Part shown: in pieces, positions 1 through 6,682 of the stretch
Layout of the letters: every line of letters begins with the position of its first letter
Position numbering within the stretch: position 1 is the stretch's first letter
Assembly (NCBI GenBank): GCA_046757525.1
Contig: JBHHYI010000117.1
Coordinates: 1-12,974 of the forward strand
Length of the DNA: 12,974 bases
Source of the DNA: a bacterium
Lineage (GTDB): Bacteria; Zhuqueibacterota; Zhuqueibacteria; Oceanimicrobiales; Oceanimicrobiaceae
Reading direction: 5' to 3'
Notes under the pieces: model-generated
Databases searched by the model: none
The model's input: the letters and a program-made list of their open reading frames with translations, nothing else
Told to the model about the DNA's origin: nothing
Translations under genes and position numbers: made by a program

Positions 1-150
1 AGGGAGACAGATTTTCGCTCGTCCAGAGCGAAAATCAGAGGGATGTCTGGCCGGAAGAACCATGACTCGGGTTTTCAGGCCGCCTCCTAAAATCCCCCTG
101 GTTTTTTCGCTGGACGCTTCAAAAACCGTCCCCCCTTTCAAAAAGGGGGA
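1..150. repeat. Composite palindromic (REP-like) element, truncated at the window start
   Basis: Perfect 11-bp hairpin at 10-20/26-36. Positions 1-46 and 90-135 are an imperfect inverted pair (32/46 identical, ungapped, counted by hand). Further hairpin CCCCCTTT-caa-AAAGGGGG at 131-149. Confidence 0.6.
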
Positions 151-333
151 TTCTTCGCAAGTATCAAATTATCAAATAGTTGTACCAAGAGGCAAACAAA
201 GGATATTTGAAACCGAGTACGAGAATCAGTGCAGCGTATTTTGCAACGGTACCTGTACAAACACGTCCTGTGGACTTCGAGTCAACTAACAGCAGTGGCG
301 GAATGACCGTTGATTTTCTTTGAGCACAATGGC

Positions 334-426
334 AGTCGTCCTGAGTAGTCCAGGCCGCTTTTGGGTCGGGACGTATCGAAGGGCGAAGCCCGTCACCCCT
401 CGATACGGTCACTTGAACAGATGACT
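334..426. repeat. REP-like palindromic element; its first 18 bp recur at 12956-12973
   Basis: AGTCGTCCTGAGTAGTCC at 334-351. CGTATCGAAGGG (372-383) pairs with CCCCTCGATACG (396-407) with one mismatch. An alternative internal hairpin GGGC-GAA-GCCC lies at 381-391. Confidence 0.6.
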
Positions 427-456
427 CGCACATTGGTTTCAAGAAACGCCTCTGCT

Positions 457-488
457 ATTTCACATCAGGCCGTGGCCTGACGTGAAAT
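457..488 (-). terminator. Strong hairpin downstream of gspM (terminator or 3' mRNA stabiliser)
   Basis: On the minus strand it reads ATTTCACGTCAGGC-CACG-GCCTGATGTGAAAT, a 14-bp stem. Its single mismatch is a G-U wobble only on the minus (sense) strand. It lies ~66 nt after the gspM stop and has no clear U-tract. Confidence 0.5.
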
Positions 489-554
489 CTTAACACACCT
501 AACGTTCTTAGTCCCCTGTGGTGCTTTCAAAAGCTAACCTTTTTGCAAGAAAGC

Positions 555-1103
555 TCAGCGTCTTGCAACTGCCTCGCCAGGTTCAAAACTGATGACTTTG
601 ACCGTCGCATCCAGGCCCTGGGCCGGGTCGAAGTTCGGTTTCAGGTGCAAATCGGTAATCTTCATCGGATGCTGCGCGTTTTCCACCTGGTACAAGAAGG
701 TCACCAATTCTTCAACGGACACCTTTTCCAATTCCACCTCAAAAGCCGATTTCTTGAAGCCTGGTACCACTTCACCGGCAGAATTTGCAGTGGCCGGCTT
801 CAAGGAAATCAGGTTGTCCTTGTGCAGAACCTGTCTGGCCTGATTTTCAAGAAACGAAAGCGCGCCGAACGTGGCCGACTCAGACGCACTGGTTTGCCAT
901 TGCCTTATTTGCTGCACCATGGTCTGGTATTTGCCCCCCATCTGGCGCAGCTCGAGCAGATTCTTCTGCTTGCGCGGGATGAGCCGGTCCAGGGTAGTTA
1001 GCTTGCTCAGAGTCGGCTGCACGGCAAACTGGTAAACCATCAGGGCCAGCAAAAATAGGGCGCCCAGGCGCAACGCCCTCTTGTCCCGTTGGAGCAGCTT
1101 CAC
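555..1103 (-). CDS. gspM: Type II secretion GspM/PilO-like protein (182 aa)
   Basis: GTG start with GGAGG SD. LQRDKRAL followed by one TM helix and a coiled coil. The C-terminal VELEKVSVEELVTFLYQVE...ITDLHLK fits a ferredoxin-like GspM domain. It directly follows gspL. Confidence 0.8.
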   Translation of the reverse strand: MKLLQRDKRALRLGALFLLALMVYQFAVQPTLSKLTTLDRLIPRKQKNLLELRQMGGKYQTMVQQIRQWQTSASESATFGALSFLENQARQVLHKDNLISLKPATANSAGEVVPGFKKSAFEVELEKVSVEELVTFLYQVENAQHPMKITDLHLKPNFDPAQGLDATVKVISFEPGEAVARR

Positions 1104-2497
1104 GGCCCAACCTCCGGGCGCAAGTTGATAGTCATCTCGAACTCTACGCCTTCTCCAGCAGGCGAGTTGAGCACTTTTGTGCGGGCAATCTGGACCTCGC
1201 GAAAGTAGGGCGAAAGAGACAATCTTCTTTTGAGCTCCTCGATTTTCTGAAAAGAAGGGGCCTCTGCTTGAATGCGCATCTCCGCCTCGGTAATCACCAA
1301 ATCCAACAACTTCAGCCGGATGTCCCCGGGAACGATGGCACTCAGTTCTCTGAAGAATTCAAGCACCGAATTCTTATGACCAAACATGGCCTCATACTCC
1401 GCCAGGCGATCCTTTGCTTCCTGCATTTGTTGCTGTCCTTGCAGCATCTCGTTGGTCACTTTGCCCACGTGCGGAAACATAGCCGAGAATTCGGTGCGAA
1501 TCACATGGTTCAAATGGTCGAGTTGCTTGTTTTTCGTGTACAGGTTGAAAAATGTATTCGTTAAAATAGACAGCAAAAGCGCAGCAGCTAAGAGTTTGGT
1601 CCACACAAAGCTTTTTGACAAGTGGGATCCGCCGGCAAACTCCTCTTGCAGGAAATCCGGGCACCGTGTCCGGCGGTCCATCCATCCCACGGCGCCACCG
1701 ATGGCAGAAAGAAACAGCGTGTGCTGCTGTGGGCAGGTTTCCGCCGGGGCATTCAACTTTTGTTGCAAATCCTCAACAAAAGCCGGCTGTGCACTTAATT
1801 CACCACAAAGCACGATTCGGTCAACCTGTGGTCCGCCAAAATGACTCTGAAACGCCTCACAAGTCCTCTGAATTTCCGCTGCCAAATGACCGCAGCCCTC
1901 TCCTACTGTGGGAAGGCAGCGCGTAAACATGAGATTAGACTGCTCTCCAATGTTGACGACCGTTCGGTCTGTCTCCAGGGCGACCAATGCCAGAATGCCT
2001 CTGGTGCGCTCCTGGTACAGGTGATGAAACCCTTGCCACAAAAAGAAGGCCTCAAAGCCCACACACTGCGGTCTGAGTCCAACGCCATTCAGGGCCGCCA
2101 GCTTCGCGGACAAAGTTTCCTTTTTTACCGCCAACAAAATGACTTCGGACTGGCCCGGCTGTTCTGCCTCTGTTGCACAAAAATCCACGACCAGGTCCTC
2201 AATGGCAAACGGGATCAGCGGCTCGGCCTCGTACTTGATTACCTTTTGAATTTTGCTTAAATCCGCAAAAGGCAAACAGACGTTTCTGACCAGAACTTCC
2301 TGACTGGCAATCCCCAAAACCATGTCGCAATTCTGCCAGCCCTTGTCCTCGATCAGCGACCGAGCCGCTTGCACGGGGTTCCCATTGGCCGATCGCGAGG
2401 CCAATTCCAGTACTTCGATGCCACGCAACCCTTTTTGCACCAGTGCAGCCTTGACGCATTCCCCGTGAAGGTCTAAGCCAACCATTTTACCAAACAT
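1100..2497 (-). CDS. gspL: Type II secretion GspL-like protein (PilM-like actin fold, one TM helix, PilN-like periplasmic domain), 465 aa
   Basis: N-terminal VGLDLHG..VKAA, VLVRNVCLPF, IKYEAEPLIPFAIEDLVVDF and IVLCGE are PilM/GspL cytoplasmic motifs. One TM helix (LLAAALLLSILTNTFF) is followed by a coiled coil and the PilN-like LSAIVP...LSLSPYFREV. The stop overlaps the next gene's start (GTGA). Confidence 0.8.
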   Translation of the reverse strand: MFGKMVGLDLHGECVKAALVQKGLRGIEVLELASRSANGNPVQAARSLIEDKGWQNCDMVLGIASQEVLVRNVCLPFADLSKIQKVIKYEAEPLIPFAIEDLVVDFCATEAEQPGQSEVILLAVKKETLSAKLAALNGVGLRPQCVGFEAFFLWQGFHHLYQERTRGILALVALETDRTVVNIGEQSNLMFTRCLPTVGEGCGHLAAEIQRTCEAFQSHFGGPQVDRIVLCGELSAQPAFVEDLQQKLNAPAETCPQQHTLFLSAIGGAVGWMDRRTRCPDFLQEEFAGGSHLSKSFVWTKLLAAALLLSILTNTFFNLYTKNKQLDHLNHVIRTEFSAMFPHVGKVTNEMLQGQQQMQEAKDRLAEYEAMFGHKNSVLEFFRELSAIVPGDIRLKLLDLVITEAEMRIQAEAPSFQKIEELKRRLSLSPYFREVQIARTKVLNSPAGEGVEFEMTINLRPEVGP

Positions 2498-2514
2498 ACT
2501 TTCCTGCCTCGTAA

Positions 2515-3384
2515 TCAGTCATGGCCAACGGTCCCTTTGCCGGGTTCCGCCAACATTTTAAGCCAGATGTCGAATCTCCCCTTCCGGGTGGAAACAAAAG
2601 CTATCTTGTCTTCCACAGGGTGCCAGGCGGGACAAATCTCACTCCAGGTGTCAAAGGTCACCTGTCTGGGGGCCGTGCCGTCAGCGTTAACCATCCAAAG
2701 GTTCCAGCCTTTGCCCTCGTCCACACTGTAAATCAGGCGTTTCCCGTCCGGGGCCCAGCCGGGCCAGGCCTTGCGGCCGCGCATGGCGGTGATGCGCTTG
2801 CCCGTGTTCCAATGGTTTTTTTCTGCAACACAGAGATAGGCATAGCCCTCAGTAAACACCACGAAAGCCAGACGCCTGCCTTCCGGCGACCAGCTTGGAA
2901 ACCCCTCGTTGGCTGGTCCGTCAGTAATTTGCCGCAATCCGGTGCCGTCGGGCTGAACCAGCCAGAGGTGTTGATTGCCCTTGCCAACCGCGCGTGAAAA
3001 CGCAATAGTCCTGCCATCGGGCGACCATGCAGGGTTGGTGTCGAAACCGTCACCAAAGGTGATCTGTGTGGTTCGCCGATCCTGCAAGTTCAACTTCACG
3101 ATCTTGCTGCGGCCCGAATCCTGTGTCGAGACGTAAACGATTTCCTGACCATCGGGCGACCAATAGGGCTGGCGGTCGTCCCAGTTGCCGAAAGTGAGTT
3201 GCCGGGCATTTTTGCCGTCACCGTCCATCCTCCACAGATGGGCCGCGCCGTTCACGTAACAGACGTAGGCGATGCGTTCTCCATCGGGCGACCAGCACGG
3301 GTCTTTTTCAATGAGCAAGGTGTTCGTCAGTGGCGTGTCGCTGGCAACAAATGCCAGCAGAGCCAATGTCAAAAAATATTGCAC
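2515..3384 (-). CDS. TolB-like six-bladed PD40 beta-propeller protein (289 aa, secreted)
   Basis: Six repeats: PCWSPDG, PYWSPDG, PAWSPDG, PSWSPEG, PGWAPDG and PAWHPVE. Short N-terminal hydrophobic signal. GTG start 1 bp after the upstream stop. No TolB N-terminal alpha/beta domain is apparent. Confidence 0.9.
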   Translation of the reverse strand: MQYFLTLALLAFVASDTPLTNTLLIEKDPCWSPDGERIAYVCYVNGAAHLWRMDGDGKNARQLTFGNWDDRQPYWSPDGQEIVYVSTQDSGRSKIVKLNLQDRRTTQITFGDGFDTNPAWSPDGRTIAFSRAVGKGNQHLWLVQPDGTGLRQITDGPANEGFPSWSPEGRRLAFVVFTEGYAYLCVAEKNHWNTGKRITAMRGRKAWPGWAPDGKRLIYSVDEGKGWNLWMVNADGTAPRQVTFDTWSEICPAWHPVEDKIAFVSTRKGRFDIWLKMLAEPGKGTVGHD

Positions 3385-3385
3385 G

Positions 3386-4099
3386 CTACTCGCCGCCCGT
3401 TTCTTCAGGCGGTGCCACCCGTACCTGCTGTTTCCATTCCTCGCGCGTAATCGGCTGGCCGTCTTTGAATCGCTGCAAAACGATGCTTTTCTTGCCGTCC
3501 ACCATGACTTCCTGTTTCACCACGGTAAACTTGGAACCGTTGACAAACACTTCGGTAGGGTGAACGATTTCCTTCCACATGTCCAGGCTAAATAAGCGGT
3601 CGTGGCAGATTTTCGTGCTTTCGTCGGAATGGCACTTTTTGCAATTCTCCAGCTTCAACTCGTTGGAATCCCATAAGGTGAGACCGTTGCTCATGGCAGT
3701 TTCCAGGCTGTAGGCATGATTTTTTCTTTTCTTGTAGCCACTGCCGGCCCCGTGGCAAGCTTCACAGATGACCCCGTCTTCATGATGAAAAAACTTTTTC
3801 TTATGCTTGTTGCTGACCTTAAATGCCGTGGTGTGGCACTGCAAACACTTTTTCTCCTTTTGAGGCTCTTTAATGTTGAAGCGCTTGGCGACGGCCAGTG
3901 CTTCCGGGCTGGCCAACACTTCAAAAGCCTTCTTGTGTTTCATGTTGGTCCAGATTTCGAAGGTGTTGTCGTAATAATCTTTGTCCTGAACGCTGTGACA
4001 CTTACGGCATTTTTTTACACCCAGGTAGGCGTGGTCCTTTGCGCTGGAAGGGGTGGCAAGAATAAAGCTCAGCAAAACAAGAATAACAAAGTTTTTCAT
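3386..4099 (-). CDS. Cytochrome c554-family tetraheme cytochrome c (237 aa, periplasmic, Lys-rich)
   Basis: ATG at 4099 with GGAGGT SD. Signal peptide ending PSSA-K. The series YLGVKKCRKCH, W..MKHKKAFEVL, CLQCHTT, DGVICEACHGAGSGY and CKKCH...IVHP matches the c554-family motif order. Confidence 0.88.
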   Translation of the reverse strand: MKNFVILVLLSFILATPSSAKDHAYLGVKKCRKCHSVQDKDYYDNTFEIWTNMKHKKAFEVLASPEALAVAKRFNIKEPQKEKKCLQCHTTAFKVSNKHKKKFFHHEDGVICEACHGAGSGYKKRKNHAYSLETAMSNGLTLWDSNELKLENCKKCHSDESTKICHDRLFSLDMWKEIVHPTEVFVNGSKFTVVKQEVMVDGKKSIVLQRFKDGQPITREEWKQQVRVAPPEETGGE

Positions 4100-4115
4100 C
4101 GTCACCTCCGTCAGG

Positions 4116-5066
4116 TCATTTACTGTGACATTGAGAACAATCGGTTTCAAAGCTGTGACAGGAGTAACAACTCCTGAGTTTGGATCTGGCCAGAGCAGCG
4201 TGACCGGAGCCATCGTCTACAAACAGGGCGGCGAAATGGGTAGCCGGTTTTTGGCTGTGGCAGTTGCTACAGAAGTCGGCCTGGTGACAGGTAGCACAAA
4301 ACTGGCGGTCACGATTGGCCACGCGCCCGTGGGTGGATTTAGCCCAGCGCAACGTGTGGGAAGCGGGCTTGGTTGTTGTGTGACACTCCTCACACGAATC
4401 GCCGCCGCTGAGACTCAGCGGATCGTGACACCGCTGGCAGATGGTGGCACCGTACCTCTTGATGGCCTTGCCGTGTGTCGAGGTCCAATTTGCCGTGTGG
4501 TAGGCCGGTTTTATCCCCGGACGCATAACATCGTGACAGACCTGGCATTGCGTGCTGGCACCAACCTCTGTGTGGCAGGCGATGCAAGTCTCCATCTGCA
4601 TGGGACGCGAGTTTATGGTTTTGGTCAACTTGTGATACTTGGGGTTCCCATCGATTTGCTGGTGGCAGTCTGTACACTTGTATTCTGTGCCGGCTGAGTT
4701 TTTCTTATGCTTTTCGTGCGAAAAGTTTACGTCTGTAAAACGGAGACTGATTCTTTTGATCTTTCCATCTCTGCGCGTGTGGCATTCGAGACAATCTTCA
4801 GACGGAACGCTCTTTGCTACCTCCACTGCGCTTTTGTGACAGCTTCCAAAGCCATTGCAACCGGTTACGTCGGTATGGGACGGGACGGTAAAATGGGCTG
4901 CGTCTTCAGATAACGTGTGGCAAGCCGTGCACACTCGATACCCCCGCTGATCAGCGATCTCCTGGGCATGTTCGTCGTGAGAATAGATCAATCCGGTTTC
5001 TTCTTCACGACATCCAGACTGAATCAGAATCAGAACCAGAAAAGCTATATTTCCGAATTTCATCAT
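4116..5066 (-). CDS. Cytochrome c3/c7-like multiheme lipoprotein (316 aa, 11 CXXCH plus 1 CX5CH, ~12 hemes)
   Basis: Start moved to the ATG at 5066 (GAGGGA SD). Signal MMKFGNIAFLVLILIQSG-C. YSHDEH and FSHEKH are c3/c7-type ligand motifs. Three C-terminal KPAxH...H...CXXCH...CXXCH repeats. Confidence 0.9.
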   Translation of the reverse strand: MMKFGNIAFLVLILIQSGCREEETGLIYSHDEHAQEIADQRGYRVCTACHTLSEDAAHFTVPSHTDVTGCNGFGSCHKSAVEVAKSVPSEDCLECHTRRDGKIKRISLRFTDVNFSHEKHKKNSAGTEYKCTDCHQQIDGNPKYHKLTKTINSRPMQMETCIACHTEVGASTQCQVCHDVMRPGIKPAYHTANWTSTHGKAIKRYGATICQRCHDPLSLSGGDSCEECHTTTKPASHTLRWAKSTHGRVANRDRQFCATCHQADFCSNCHSQKPATHFAALFVDDGSGHAALARSKLRSCYSCHSFETDCSQCHSK

Positions 5067-5083
5067 CGTTATTTCCCTCATTC

Positions 5084-6502
5084 CTAAAATTTCACTTTCA
5101 ACTGCGTGGTGAACCGTGTCACGCTTTTGAGGTTCGGGTTGATGAAGAGAAAATCGTCCTCTCTGCCGTAGCGTACCTGGAGCAGGACGTTCGCGTAGAC
5201 TTCCCAAATGCCCTGTCCGCCGATAAAAAGGGAGTTGACATTTTCTGCATCGACATAGCGGCCGCGGTAGGCGTAAACGCGGTAAAGAAGCTGAGTGCCA
5301 AGCGTCAATCTGGGCAACACTCTCTGAGATGCAGCAAAGCCCACCTCGTCGTAGTCGGGCTCACCTTCACCGACTGGCTGGTCAAAGGGTGCAGCCGGAT
5401 CGACCGGCATGCGGTCCGCCTGCCAGCGCAGAAATCTCATTTCGAAGTGGGAACCCTTCCACGGAAAATTGCTGGCACTCAAACTAACCCTGTACTGTTG
5501 AAACGGATAGTTGTATTCATTTTCTAAATCCTTGTGCACCAAATCCCTGACCAGCAACTCTCCTGTCGCCATCAAGCCGCCGAAAAGGGTCTGCTGAATC
5601 TTGAAAGAAAAATCCTGGAAGGGCGCCAAATCCTTGATCAAGAGTCTGCGCACGGTCAGGTCCTTGCTGCTAAGGTCGCTGGAGGTGTAATCGAAATCAA
5701 AATCGTCGTTGCTGCGACCGATTTTTCGGTAGTAGGAGAGAAACAACTCCGTGCCGGTGCGATCCAGGAAATAATCCACATCCAAAGTAAAATCTCTCAA
5801 ATCGCTGTTGATCATGGCTAACCGTGCGGTGGCAAAGAGGTTGGTTGCCAGACTGTGGTCCAACAAGAACTCAGTACTTCGGGCGATGTACTTCACGTGG
5901 CTGAACTTGAAGTAAGTTGAACGCGTCAAATCCAGCCTCACACTGGTGCCCCAAACATCATCCTTGGGGGGATTGGTGTAATGGGACACGCGCTTGCCGC
6001 GAAAAAAAGTTACCTGCACTTTATTCTTGAACTTGAGCCCGAGTTTAGCGCCGTCGAAGTAAACCGTTTCCGCATCGCGCACCGATTGCCGTCCCACTCT
6101 GAGAGCAAAGTTAGATTGCAACGCATTAACCGCATAGTCAGCATACGCGTAGTACAGGCGCAAATCATTCCGTCCGGGAAAAAAGTCCGTGCTGTTGCGA
6201 AATTGCGAACTGAGTGCGGTTCCGTCGATGTCGGATTCGTACCGCAAAGAAAAAAACGTGTTTAGATTCTTGAGGCCCTTACCCACCGTATTGATTGAAA
6301 GGTATTGGTAGAACTTCTGGTCGGAGTCGTTGGCACGGTGATCGGAAAAACTTAGCGTCTGATAATCGTAAGAACTGCGAACCCGTAGATTTAACTCCGA
6401 GAGGAAGTTCCGGACTTGCCCCGATTGGATAGGACTCTGCGCTGCGGCGTAAGTGCTCACGAGGCAAGTGCTAAAAAACAGAAAAAATTTGAGCTTTTTC
6501 AC
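5084..6502 (-). CDS. Outer-membrane beta-barrel (porin-like) protein, 472 aa; candidate conduit of a porin-cytochrome complex
   Basis: GTG start at 6502 with GGGAGA SD gives a clean signal peptide (MKKLKFFLFFSTCLVSTYAAA-Q). Many amphipathic beta-strand patterns, e.g. LRLYYAYADY and FALRVGRQ. C-terminal TTQLKVKF is the typical BAM-recognised strand ending in Phe. The gene is flanked by multiheme cytochrome genes. Confidence 0.8.
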   Translation of the reverse strand: MKKLKFFLFFSTCLVSTYAAAQSPIQSGQVRNFLSELNLRVRSSYDYQTLSFSDHRANDSDQKFYQYLSINTVGKGLKNLNTFFSLRYESDIDGTALSSQFRNSTDFFPGRNDLRLYYAYADYAVNALQSNFALRVGRQSVRDAETVYFDGAKLGLKFKNKVQVTFFRGKRVSHYTNPPKDDVWGTSVRLDLTRSTYFKFSHVKYIARSTEFLLDHSLATNLFATARLAMINSDLRDFTLDVDYFLDRTGTELFLSYYRKIGRSNDDFDFDYTSSDLSSKDLTVRRLLIKDLAPFQDFSFKIQQTLFGGLMATGELLVRDLVHKDLENEYNYPFQQYRVSLSASNFPWKGSHFEMRFLRWQADRMPVDPAAPFDQPVGEGEPDYDEVGFAASQRVLPRLTLGTQLLYRVYAYRGRYVDAENVNSLFIGGQGIWEVYANVLLQVRYGREDDFLFINPNLKSVTRFTTQLKVKF

Positions 6503-6552
6503 GGTATTTCTCCCGATTGTTTTTGCCCGTTTCAACCCCTCCATTTCCGACA

Positions 6553-6610
6553 GGAGATTGCCCCGCTTCGCCAAGTCGAGCAGGGTAGAAGCGAAGCGAT
6601 GGCAATCTCC
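6553..6610. repeat. Intergenic REP-like stem-loop between the 11-heme cytochrome and porin genes
   Basis: GGAGATTGCC (6553-6562) pairs with GGCAATCTCC (6601-6610), and CGCTTCGC (6564-6571) pairs with GCGAAGCG (6591-6598). Imperfect pairing extends to about 6537-6626. Confidence 0.65.
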
Positions 6611-6682
6611 AAATCGCAATGGAAGGAATGGTTCCTCATCAAGAGGCTCTAAAAGCTATTTGCAGATTCTTCGCCCAACCAA

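Noticed and set aside
62..442. Short ORFs 62-289 (+) and 164-442 (-)
   Set aside because: They run through palindromic repeat DNA and show no recognisable protein features.
1..490. CRISPR array or IS ends in the repeat-rich left end
   Set aside because: There are no regularly spaced identical repeats, no transposase, and no target-site duplication.
2515..4099. Anammox or nitrifier interpretation (c554 plus beta-propeller suggesting a hydrazine synthase or hao module)
   Set aside because: The propeller has no heme motif and is of the PD40 type, and no HAO-like or Hzs-like sequence is recognisable. c554-family domains are widespread.
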